Assembly: GCA_016906335.1 (NCBI GenBank) | Contig: JADEYG010000009.1 | Span: 868,001 to 932,000 of the forward strand | DNA: 64,000 bases | Reading direction: 5' to 3' | From: Novakomyces olei | Lineage: Eukaryota | Part shown: in pieces, positions 1-10,695 of the stretch | Position numbering within the stretch: the stretch's first letter is position 1 | How the letters are laid out: the number at the start of each line of letters is the position of its first letter | The notes under the pieces: generated by a model | Seen by the model: the letters and a program-made list of their open reading frames with translations, nothing else | Databases searched by the model: none | Told to the model about the DNA's origin: nothing | Position numbers and translations under genes: made by a program

Positions 1-889
1 AAAGTTTCCCGTACACAAGCCCAAACTCCGCCGTGGAATCGTGCCGCGTCTACTTGCATACGCACTTTTATCGTGTCAAACGGGTGGCCAACTACGAGCT
101 TTGTCACGCCTGACGCGGTTCCCGCTATAAAGCCGCGCAAGGGCGAGTGCTGCTCTTTTGACATTTGGCCTTGATGCAAACGTATGCCTCTCTATACCGT
201 AATCTTTTTGATTATTTATATACGCGCACAGCTAAATTGGAGACGTATATTATACGAAGGAATATGAACATTCTTTGGATAAAAGTTTAAATGTGTTCAT
301 GTAAGTTTAGATATTTCCTCTACGACTTTTCACTGTTTACACGAGTACAAAGGCCTCCGCCAGCGACTGGACGCGCCATTCGAGCCGTCTGCAGTACGTA
401 ACCAAATATAATTTGAATTTATATACAATTCAAATACAATTAAAATTCAAAATACTTCAAACATACTTCCAATACAATTCAAATACAATTCAAATACAAT
501 TCAAATAATGTAATTCAAGTTCAAACATACTTCAAATTCAATCCACATTTTGTTTACGTTACTGTGGCTAATTGTTTCGGTTTTTTAAAAGGTTTGACAT
601 TACAGTGGGCCGAGCCACTTTGCAAAGTATCAGCTTCACTATACAATCCACACAATGTTATCCACAAGCCTACAAGACTATAATAATCTCCTTTTATGTC
701 TCATACTGCCCACCTTTCACGACCAATCACGGTACTTTAATTGAGACACGATAACCGACCTGCCTCCGATAGTGGAAATGACAAGACGACCAAAGTAGTA
801 CAGCCCACATTAGAAGTAGACTACCGCGATTCCCTCAATACTTTTGCCTTTGATTGCGAGCGGACGTAGAGCCGTTTGTCGCAGCCGAC

Positions 890-2209
890 ATGACTCAAGC
901 GCCGGTTCGACTAGCCGTAGTGGGCGCCGGCGCTAGAGCTAATGCCTATGCACAGTACGCGGCTCTGCACCCTGACGCTGTACACTTTGTGGCGGTAGCG
1001 GAGCCGAATGCTTATCGTAGGGAAACGTTTGCCTCAAAGTACGGTGTTGCCAAAGACCGATGCTACACGCACTGGCACGGTCTCGTAGCCGCTGGTCGCA
1101 CTGCCATTGGTGCGGCTGGAGTTCTTGTATGTACTCAGGATCAAATGCACTATGAGCCCTGTATGGCGCTCTTGGAACAAGGCTACCATGTCCTGTGCGA
1201 AAAACCCTTGGCAACAACAGAGTCCCATTGCCGAGATATAGTAGACGCAGCCGAGCGGGCGGGGACACTTTTCGCAGTGGGCCACGTGCTGAGGTACTCG
1301 CCCCACAACAAACTTTTGCTCTCGCTTTTGAGGCAAAAGGTTGTAGGCGACGTAGTCTCCATCAGCCACATGGAGCCAGTTGGCCATGAGCACTTTGCTC
1401 ACAGTTATGTGCGGGGGAACTGGCACCGAGAATGCACAAGCTGCTCAAGTTTGCTGGCCAAATCTTGTCACGATTTGGACCTGCTAACGTGTATGATGGC
1501 CGACGGCCAGGCTAGACTGGTTTCGTCTTTTGGAAGCTTGACTCATTTTAGACGCGAAGCCAAGCCGGCCGCCGCCGGGTCCGCCACACGCTGCTTGGAC
1601 TGTGCTTTTGAGCATAAATGCCCTTACTCTGCAAAACGGATATACATGGACCCCAACGCTGATGGCAGTAGTACAAATCTTAAATGGCCAGCGAATAGAG
1701 TGGTGGATACAAAAGCTGAATTGGAGTCAGCCTTACGCACAGGCCCGTACGGCCTTTGTGTTTATGAGAGTGACAATGACGTCGTTGACAACCAGCATGT
1801 CAATATAGAATTCGAAACGCCTTACGGGAAAGCTCACGCAAATTTCAGTATGGTTGCGTTTACAAGGGCTCAGTGTGTACGGAAAACGCAAATCTACGGC
1901 TCGCTTGGCCAAATTGTAGCGGATGGAGAGTCAGAGATTGTGGTTGACTCTTTTGTCACCGGCAATTCTGCTCGCTATACTGTGGAGAAACCGGGAAACG
2001 AAGCGGAGGGCTCACACGGAGGCGGTGATATGGGGTTAATGCATAGCTTTGTTACCGCTTTAAGGGAAGTGCTAGGCGGTGGTAGTGTTGAGGGGGCTCA
2101 GGCTGCTCATATAAAATGTACTCCACGCGATGTGCTGCGCAGTCATTTGCTTGTGTTTGCCGCGGAAGATAGTAGGAAGAGGTCACAAGTCAATACTCTC
2201 GACTGGTAG
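890..2209 (+). CDS. Gfo/Idh/MocA family NAD(P)-dependent oxidoreductase, GIG1-like (GlcNAc-associated)
   Basis: First ATG at 890 (ORF track starts at TTG 854). Rossmann motif VVGAGARA, EKP motif (LCEKPL), VGHVLRY, SYVRGNW, KSCHDLD, terminal HGGGD. Intronless; adjacent to GlcNAc kinase. Confidence 0.9.
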   Translation: MTQAPVRLAVVGAGARANAYAQYAALHPDAVHFVAVAEPNAYRRETFASKYGVAKDRCYTHWHGLVAAGRTAIGAAGVLVCTQDQMHYEPCMALLEQGYHVLCEKPLATTESHCRDIVDAAERAGTLFAVGHVLRYSPHNKLLLSLLRQKVVGDVVSISHMEPVGHEHFAHSYVRGNWHRECTSCSSLLAKSCHDLDLLTCMMADGQARLVSSFGSLTHFRREAKPAAAGSATRCLDCAFEHKCPYSAKRIYMDPNADGSSTNLKWPANRVVDTKAELESALRTGPYGLCVYESDNDVVDNQHVNIEFETPYGKAHANFSMVAFTRAQCVRKTQIYGSLGQIVADGESEIVVDSFVTGNSARYTVEKPGNEAEGSHGGGDMGLMHSFVTALREVLGGGSVEGAQAAHIKCTPRDVLRSHLLVFAAEDSRKRSQVNTLDW

Positions 2210-2394
2210 TGTAGTAGGGGAAAGGGTCAATTAAAGTGAATTAAAGGAATAAACATACTATTTTTATCATTATTATTATTATTATAATACAAAGCCTACA
2301 GCGCTGGCAATAATTCTGGAAAAGATAAAATCCTTTCAAGTCTATCGTTTTAGTATAAAACTATGCATACATCTATCTCCGTCATAAAAATCTA

Positions 2395-4005
2395 TCATAC
2401 ATCAGGCATGCAGCGTGCAGCTTCAGCAGCACCCAAAAGGCACTCTGTGTCTGTTGTCATTTCCAGCTCAACGCCAGCATTTGTCAGCCGGGCCAAGCCC
2501 ATACATATCCATAGTTCATCGAGTACTTGCTGACACCGGGAGAAAAACCTGGGATATTTTTCCATTACTGTTCCGGTGACAGCCACACCCACCATTTTCC
2601 CATTAACAGATCCGTTAGATGCGCCATTAAGCTTTGCCTTGCTGTCCATAGTCTTGCACTTTGTTTCAGCCTTGGCTCCCTGGTTGCTGTATTTTGTATT
2701 TAAAAGAGCAATCAGTGAGATAGCCACTAATAAACTTGCTCTAGTGGAAACGCTTTCACAGAGCAATTTAATGGCCTGCATTTCACGCGGAGTATACGCC
2801 CGATGGTTGAGTGGATGCGCCTGGAGGAAAGCTGCACTTCCGGGCCCTTCGCTTCCATAATGACCTTGATATAAATCCTCTTCTAGCTCAGCCATTAAAG
2901 CTGTAGTCAAAGCATAAGGGGTCTGCAAGGACAAAGGAAGCCCATCAAAGAGCCGAGTATTCCGACAAAGGTCAACGAGTATCAAACGAACAAGTTCACC
3001 GAGATACCGACCGCTCACCATTTGCTCAAGCGGCTGAAAACCGGGCCGTTCTAAACCCGCATCTAAAGCACGGTCCCAGGGCGACAGAGTAGGGCCACTA
3101 AACTGATCGAGTTCGGTATTTATAAGCTCAAATTCGCCCTTTTGCAGATGAAGTAAGCTCTGCTTTTGAGGGCCCAATAGACTCACGGGGTAGGAGACAG
3201 CTGCATTACAACCCGTGCCCATAATAAGCCCGACTTCAGTGAGAGGGTTCACTGCCCTCTTACTGAGTAGAGTAGCGGCAGCATCGTTAATCACCACTTT
3301 TAATTCTACTCGCAAGCCGTTTCGTTGCAGGGCTTGTTCAAAAAGCTCTCTAATATCACATCCAACGAGCTCGTCTGCCACTGTATAACCTTTCCCCATG
3401 GACATTAGCAACGCTGTCCTTGCTCCCGTCTGTTGAAGGGGAAAAGAAAAGATCAGTCCCATCGGAATAGACTCTGCCAAATCATGCTTTGCTAAAACCA
3501 GCGTGTCCTTTACACGATGAGCAATCCAGTCAAAAAACTCTGTAGCCCGGGACCGTTTAACGCCTTCTTCAACTGTCCATTTCAAGGCAATACGTACTGT
3601 TGGTTCTTTGCCGCTGAAATCGATAATAGCCGCTCGGAATGTTGATCCACCCAAATCTAAAGCCAAATAAGTACCCTTTTTTGAAGAAATCCGGTCCTCT
3701 ACAAACGTGGGCAGCATTAAACTCGGATCGTCATCAAGCGCATTCGTGCACGATCTGCGTAAGTTTGCCTCCAAGTCACAGACTTTATGCCACTGTGAAA
3801 AATCCGATAGTAATATTGCTCTAATCTTTTGCAGCTCTTGGATCAGGGGATCATCCTTATCGCACACGGAGGGCTCTGATGAAGAAGAAGCCGTTTGATC
3901 GCGAAACTGACCGTCTGTACCCCATGTATAACGCGTCTCTTCGGCTCTTGAGGCTATCGGCAGCGCTGATACTGCCGGCATTGCCGGTTTATGTTTGCTC
4001 AGCAT
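2395..4005 (-). CDS. Hexokinase family protein, probably N-acetylglucosamine kinase (C. albicans Hxk1 / Trichoderma Hxk3 type)
   Basis: MLPTFV, ALDLGGSTFR, MGLIFSFP, MGKGY, INDAAATL, IMGTGCNA, NTE, FQPLEQMVSGRYLGE motifs. ATG at 4005 (alternative 3981). GlcNAc specificity inferred from cluster context. Confidence 0.88.
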   Translation of the reverse strand: MLSKHKPAMPAVSALPIASRAEETRYTWGTDGQFRDQTASSSSEPSVCDKDDPLIQELQKIRAILLSDFSQWHKVCDLEANLRRSCTNALDDDPSLMLPTFVEDRISSKKGTYLALDLGGSTFRAAIIDFSGKEPTVRIALKWTVEEGVKRSRATEFFDWIAHRVKDTLVLAKHDLAESIPMGLIFSFPLQQTGARTALLMSMGKGYTVADELVGCDIRELFEQALQRNGLRVELKVVINDAAATLLSKRAVNPLTEVGLIMGTGCNAAVSYPVSLLGPQKQSLLHLQKGEFELINTELDQFSGPTLSPWDRALDAGLERPGFQPLEQMVSGRYLGELVRLILVDLCRNTRLFDGLPLSLQTPYALTTALMAELEEDLYQGHYGSEGPGSAAFLQAHPLNHRAYTPREMQAIKLLCESVSTRASLLVAISLIALLNTKYSNQGAKAETKCKTMDSKAKLNGASNGSVNGKMVGVAVTGTVMEKYPRFFSRCQQVLDELWICMGLARLTNAGVELEMTTDTECLLGAAEAARCMPDV

Positions 4006-4610
4006 GAAGCAGAGCAAAGCTAACGAAAAACGAGAATAGAATTCCGGAAAAATAAATAAAATCTATTCGAAAACGAATAAGAGCAGAGTCTATACAGGAA
4101 TCAAAACGGAAACCGTGAAAGAAGCGTGAAAATAAAAGCACAAGCTATCCGGCGGAGATTTTCCGAGCTATCAAAGCCTAGTCCCGCTACCCAGTGCTCC
4201 GGAGCTAAAATAGCGTTGCTAGTGTTACGGTTCGTTATGAGACAAACGCTCCCACACAATGAAGGTTAATAGCAATGAGGAGGGACTAGTTGAATAAATC
4301 AACGATATTCCGACGCTAATTTTCCAGTTTCGATTTTCCCAATTATTCGGGGGTATGTAAGGAATGAAATGTGTGCCTTGAGGCCTTTTTAGAAGCTCTA
4401 CACGCGGATCATGAGAGCCCCCGGCCGAATATTTTAGGGCCGAATTTGTTAAATAGTCGGGTGTTGCACGACATTTATGTACGCTGTAATAATTGCAAAA
4501 GGATAATATTATGCAACCATCTATCCGTTTCGTAACACATCACATGTGTACAACGGTATGCGCGTATGAAATTCGCACTAGAACTATATAATGTGGGTGA
4601 ACAGATCTGC

Positions 4611-4707
4611 GTTACACAGGGCTGTGTAACTTCACTTTCGCTAGCGTTACACTAACCCGGGCGAGGCTCATTGTTACACGAGCACGAGTATTACTTTGAT
4701 GTTACAT
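4611..4707. promoter_or_regulatory. Cluster of GTTACA(C/T) motifs upstream of the hexokinase, including a perfect palindrome at 4611-4630
   Basis: GTTACAC at 4611, 4624 (minus), 4646, 4673; GTTACAT at 4701. Further copies at 5012, 6926, 6951, 7338. Function inferred. Confidence 0.5.
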
Positions 4708-5246
4708 CGGTCTCCAATATTTTCGGGTGGGCAAAGAGATAGAGATGAAGAAATAGTGATGGAGCGGGCGAGTTTGGTGGTTTTGCCGCGCGTCGTTCTA
4801 TTGATACACGGATGCAAGACATGTGCGGAAATCGTAGTTTGTGACTAACATACTCGGGCATTCAAACCCTGATGTGTTCTGCTCTCTCGTTATGAGGTGT
4901 GCGTCATGTAGAGCTGTGACTAACATTATTCCAATACAATGAGGGTGCGCACAGGGTATGAAAGGCCCGGCCCGTCTTTGCTTAGGCCATCCGTAAATGT
5001 TTTACATCAGTGTTACATGCATATTCACAAAGGCCATCCCATTGACTGATTTACACTTTAGCTAGAGACGGTGCGATGGACTCAATTGGCACCAATGACT
5101 ATACAATACTAGCACCTGTTTGCAAGAGATTTAAAATTTATAAATTTATCCCATACGCTATCCACATTTCACTTTAATGGTTATTTAAATTTTTTTCCTC
5201 CTCCTCGCTCTCTAATGCTTTTTGGAACCAAACACCCCGTATATCA

Positions 5247-6818
5247 TCACCGCCATGCGCGCTGAGTAACACGTTCCACACGCCGACCCGCAAAATAGAC
5301 ATCCTTCACAAACCCCTCCGCGTCAAAGACAACAAGGTCAGCTCTGCCTCCTGCTTTAAGCGACCCACGGTGCGGATACTCATTCAACATCTTTGCTGGG
5401 TGCTCCGTGACACATGCGAGGGCAACGGCTAAACCAGCACCTGACCATTGTGCAAAGTTACGGACGCAAACGTCCAGTGTGACTGCGCTACCGGCAATAT
5501 TGCCTTCCTCAGCGAGCAGTAAATGACCCTCATCGTCCTTTATAATTTTCTCTCCGTTAGTCCAGTCATACGTGCCCGGAGGAAGTCCCAGCATGGTCAT
5601 GGCATCAGTGACCAAGATGGTTCCCTCAGGATTTGCATGGTGAGCCATGCTGACACAGCTTGGGTGCACATGGAAATTGTCGGCAATAATACCATAATGC
5701 ACTCGCCGAGTCATTTCTTTATCGCCCAATAACCCGAGAACCCCAGGATTACGGTGATGCATTGGGTTCATTGCATTGAACAAATGCGTAATCATACTGG
5801 CTCCACGCTGAACTGCTTCGCGTGCTTGTTCAAAGGTAGCGGAAGTGTGTCCGATGGAATATACAATCTCGCGCCGTACCAGTTCTGCAATAATTTTGGG
5901 ATCGGAGAGCAGGACTTCCGGGGCCGCAGTAATTTTACGGACAGGCCCACCATTGCGTAGATTATCTGGACCGTAGCATTCTTCTAGAGACTCAAAATTT
6001 CGTGCTGTACGAATGCATTCGCTAGCATGGATTCCCTTTTTCTGGGGCGAGATAAAAGGCCCTTCAGCGTGAACTCCCAATACGGCCGCCACGGGCTGCG
6101 AGTGCTGGCGGTCAGAATTGTTGTATGCTCAATACAAATTGAGTGCTTACCTCTCCTCCCTCCTTACTAGTGCCATTCGCTTCTCTCTTGCTTGCCTCCT
6201 GCTTTTGGCGATAAGCATCAAATACGGGCAGGACGGTTTGGTAGAGCTCCGGGCTCTGTGTCGTGATTGTCGGCATGTAAGCAGTAACACCAGACTGCAG
6301 CAAGTACCGCCCTACGTGGTCAATGCCCGCTGCGTAATTGGAGCAGTCAGTAGAGAAATCGAAGCCGAGCGCTCCGTTCAGCTGGACGTCCAGCATGCCT
6401 GTTGCCAGTTAGAAGAGTGCCAGTTAAAAGAGTGCTAGTTAGAAGAGTGCCAATTAGAAGAGTGCCAGTTAGCAGAGTGCCAATTAGCAGAGTGCCAATT
6501 AGCAGAGTGCCAGTCAGAAGAATGCCAGTCAGAAGAATGCCAGTCAGAAGAAGAGGCCAGTTAGAAGAGTGCCAGTTAGAAGAGTGCCAATTAGAACAGC
6601 CAGGCGCCAACGCCAGCGCCTAGTGTGGCTCTAGAGTACTTACCGGGAGACAGGATACACCCGGCCAGGTCTATAGTCTGCGTCGCCGCTCGAGCGTCAG
6701 AGTAAAAAGCGTCTTGCCCGTCCACGATTACTCCCTTGTCCGTGTTGACCCATACATCGCGGCGCTCAAAGACACCGCCTTCGCCGACACACTCGGCATT
6801 GGCGAACCGTACCAGCAT
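5247..6818 (-). CDS. DAC1: N-acetylglucosamine-6-phosphate deacetylase (NagA family), 3 exons
   Basis: Exons 6818-6644, 6398-6151, 6104-5247; introns 6643-6399 and 6150-6105 have GTAAG donors, CTRAC branch points and CAG acceptors. Spliced product has SPGMLDVQLNG, PTITT, GVHAEGPFI, SIGHT, THLFNAM, VTDAM, IAGS. Confidence 0.95.
6404..6598. repeat. 15-bp minisatellite (CCAGTTAGAAGAGTG consensus, ~13 copies) filling DAC1 intron 1
   Basis: Directly visible tandem units with variants CCAATTAG/CCAGTCAG. Confidence 0.95.
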
Positions 6819-7511
6819 TCTGCGATCTTTTGCGTCTACAAGATCTTTTGCTCCTGCAAAGATCTTTCTTTTGCGCCAGCAATGCCGGACTCGTCTCGAC
6901 GCGCTCTTGTACTCTTACTGGCCATGTTACACAAGCCCGTCTCGTCTAAGGTTACACTAAATGTTTGTGTGCCACCGAGTGCGACCAATCAACTAATTAA
7001 TCAATCAATTAATCAATGAATCAATTATTTATTTATTCGCAAATTATTCGTTCGCAGCGGAGAATATTCGTCATAGAACGCAAACAACGCGTCACTGTGA
7101 CCACAAAAGTATAGTCAATTTGACGCGCGACCTGTCAATCTCGACCCGAAGATTTACAGCAAACCGCCAAGCATTCTACCAAGCAGACCCGTTTTTGAGT
7201 AAACAAGCATTCCTCCCTTTCCGAGTTCGTCGTGTTGACGTGTTGCTGGCCGTAGCTGCCGACTAGTGTAGTGTAATAATTAGTGCAAAACTTTACAATC
7301 ACCAGTCTCAGTGCTGCCTCATTGCTGGCATATTAATGTTACATTGCGGGCTCATTGCTGGCGTTGGCCCAGGCTCGTAGCCGTGTCCCGTATAAAAAAG
7401 TAAAACAATAATGTCTGCTGTAGTGACCCACATTATAATAATGCCTGCCTGACGATGAGCAAGAGCTCTCACTATGCGACCACCTTGTGAGCCATAGGGG
7501 CTGCGCGCCAT

Positions 7512-10467
7512 ATGGATCCGAGTATATACAAGTAGGCTTACCCTCCGCGAGTCCAGGTCTGGCCTGTCTACTGTCTAACCTTCTACAGATGCCTCGGGCA
7601 GATGATGCTCGTCGGCTTCGACGGGTACACGGTAACGGACGAAGTACGGTCTCTAATCAAAGACCATTATGTCGGAAACATTATGCTGTCGCGTAAAAAC
7701 GTGCAGTCGGCAGTGCAGGTAATGCAATTGGTACAGGACTTGCAGAGGATCGCGTTTGATGCGGGCCACGAGTTCCCCCTGGCAGTCTCAATCGACCAGG
7801 AGGGTGGGATGATGAGCTCAATCACAGACAGCGAGAGTCTTACCATGTTCCCTGGTGGGATGGCTCTTGTGGCTACGGGGAGCAGAAGCTTGGCGGAGAA
7901 GGTTACCCAGGCAGCCGCCAGTGAGCTCCGATCACTCGGGATTTGGTGGAATTTTGCACCTGTACTCGATGTCTTGACCGACCCGACAGCCACGCTTATC
8001 GGCACTCGAGCCCTGAGCGACTCGCCCAAGACTGTCGCAGAGTATGCTGTTGCAATGATCAAGGGGATGCATACTGCCGGCGTCTCTGCCCTGGGGAAGC
8101 ATTTCCCTGGCTACGGAGCCGTTCACTGTGAGAATTTGGGTACCGCTGCGGTTACTGAGCCCCTGGAGCAGCTGGAAGTATCGAGCTTTTTGCCCTTCCG
8201 CAGCAGTATTGAGCATGGAGATCTGGATTCTATCCTGGTGGGCGCCTGTACCATGCCCAACCTCATATCAGACGGCCTGGTAGCCTGCCTGTCTGGACTG
8301 ATTGTCAAAGACATACTCAGACACGAACTCAACTTTGAAGGAATAATCGTGTCTGACTGTCTCGCCATCAACACGGTTTACGACAACTTTGGAGTACGAC
8401 AGGGCACTGTGAGCGCAGTCAGTGCTGGCTGCGATATAGTGCTTGTCTGCCGTTCCTACCACATCCAACAGGAAGCTATTTCTGCTCTTAAAGAGGCAGC
8501 TCAAACCGGAGCAATTGACGTTAAAGACATCTACACTTCATATAACCGTATAAAGCGCTGGAAACAACGCTACGTTACCTGGGATGCCTGCTTCCTGCCC
8601 GCTCAAAGGAGCCTGGACTTGCTTAGGCAGTTGCGCTCTTACAATTACGAACTAGTTACGTGTGCTTACCGCAGTGCTATTACTGTAGTCCGTGATGACA
8701 ACCATACCCTGCCATTGACAAAGCACTTGTCCCGGCCTGGCGCTACCATTGCTCTGCTTACTCCTCTAGCACTGGCGGGTCCCTATCGAACAAAAGACGA
8801 TACAGCGGCCGCCGCCGCTTTAGACTTGGCTCCTGGCGAGCTGACCTTCCGCATGTTTGGCCTGCAATTGGCACAGTACCATAAACCGGTGGAGCATACT
8901 TCTTATTCCTCTCACGGGCTCGATGATATGAGTGAAAGGCTTGTGCTGCAAGCTGATGCAGTTGTGGTGGTAACTGCTAATGCTGCTAATAACCTTTATC
9001 AGCGTAGTGTAGTCCGCCACGTTCGCGCTCTTTGCAACTGTGGCGGCAATAAGCCCATGGTGGTCATTGCCGTGAGCAATCCGTATGATTTTGCTCTGGA
9101 TGATTCAGGTATACATGATTATATTTACATTTATATTTGCATTTCTTTTTTGCATTTCTTTGTATTAATCGCAGTGTCGGTTTACCTGTGTACGTACGAT
9201 ATATCAAAGCAGGCACTTCAAGCCTGTACTGACGTCATGTTTGGCGCTCTTAAAGCAGAGGGTTCTCTGCCTGTATCCACAAAACCCAAATTGCAGCCAC
9301 CCGATCGGTTCAGACAATATGAGAATACCTGGAGCGTTGAACCCTGGACGTCCAAGCAAGGCGTTAGCGATATTGGTAAGTTAATGACCATTTGTAATAT
9401 CAAAATTTCGGCGTTTCACTTTTAACCATGTCTAACCCAAATTTAGCAAGCCTTTTGCGCGAATGCTTCCCTGAAATTCGGCTAGATAATACCCTTCTTC
9501 ATGAACTAAGTCAGCCTCGGGTGTGGTCTTGTGTGGTAAGAGACGAAAGCCAAGTCGTCGGTCTTTGTGTAACTGTCAGCATGGAGACACGACAAGTAAA
9601 TGGCTTAGTGGGTCCAACTGGCCGAGTGGCAGTTTTGGCTGTACGTCCCTCTCATCGGCGGCAGTTCATTGGTCAAACTCTTCATCACGCTGCTCTTAGA
9701 CATTTGTTTCGGTCACGTAACGTTTCTCGGGTGGGATTTGCTTACGAATACGTGCTGTTATTGCCTCCGCCATTATTACGAAAGTGTTCGCAAATGCTCC
9801 AGTTTCTGATCGCACAAGAATGGCATATTGAGGGAGCGCTTGATTTGTTTAGTATAGAGCGGCTACCACAATGGCAGCCGCCCTTACAGCAGCTGGAAGA
9901 GTGTAGTAATCAGGATATAAAATTCATCAACGGGTCTGACGAGGTTCTCATGCAGATTTTCACGCTCATGTATGCTTATAGCGATACAATTATGAGCCTG
10001 TTTTTGGATATTGTTGAGACTACGGATCTCGATAATGTCATTCTTGCCATACACAGTAAGTGATTGGTCATGCTAACCTGTCTTTATTCTTTTTTATTTA
10101 TCGGTTAATTTTCAATAGTCCTTTAATATTTATATACTTTCTTCTATTTACTGATACAATAGGTGACCACGAAATAGCCGGTCTCATTGTGACTGCAAAA
10201 ATTCTGGATGCGCCTAATGTAACTAGCGTTGGGCGTGTGCACTCGCTGAATTTGTTTTCAAAAGACAAGCTTGTATACGATCTTGCTGCTATTGGGCTTT
10301 TAGTCTCCGCTGTGATGAAGCTGCAAAAGCAGGGATACGATGAGTGCTTTCTCGAAGTCGTCAATGAAAAGCTGCCCGATATGCTGTTTGAAGAAGTGGG
10401 ATTTGGTGGCCGAGTGCGAATGCCCGTCCTTTCACGTTACTCGGGAGAGTTTCATTTCGTGCACTGA
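7512..10467 (+). CDS. NGS1: GH3 beta-N-acetylhexosaminidase-like domain fused to C-terminal GNAT region; NGS1-like GlcNAc sensor/acetyltransferase
   Basis: ATG 7512; introns 7532-7588, 9109-9174, 9376-9446, 10056-10162 restore one frame (MDPSIYKCLGQMMLVGFDG...). GH3 motifs IDQEGG, NFAPVLD, KHFPG, LRHELNFEGIIVSDCL, AGCDIVL, NPYD; GNAT motif A-like VLAVRPSHRRQFIG. Divergent from DAC1. Confidence 0.85.
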
Positions 10468-10695
10468 CGGCAGACACATCCTTTTATACAAATATGATAC
10501 CACAATGAATAATCGCTTCTTCACCTTTGTTTTATATATAATAATTGATACTTTTACCCTTGCTTTGCGACCAATACAGGTAGAGTTCGTATAGTGAGCC
10601 AAACCAAACCAATCCCAACCTCACTGTACGTACAGACGAGAAATAGGCCTTTTATATCCATTAAAATCTTTCATTGCTGCAATATATGTTTTGAT

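Noticed and set aside
890-2209. Recent bacterial horizontal transfer of the intronless oxidoreductase
   Set aside because: Several native genes here are also intronless and fungal homologs of this type are known; cannot be supported without a phylogeny.
6347-6623. ORFs with pentapeptide-like repeats (LLTGT / RRVPV), and a CRISPR-like appearance
   Set aside because: They are translations of the 15-bp intronic minisatellite. There are no unique spacers, no cas genes, and the context is eukaryotic.
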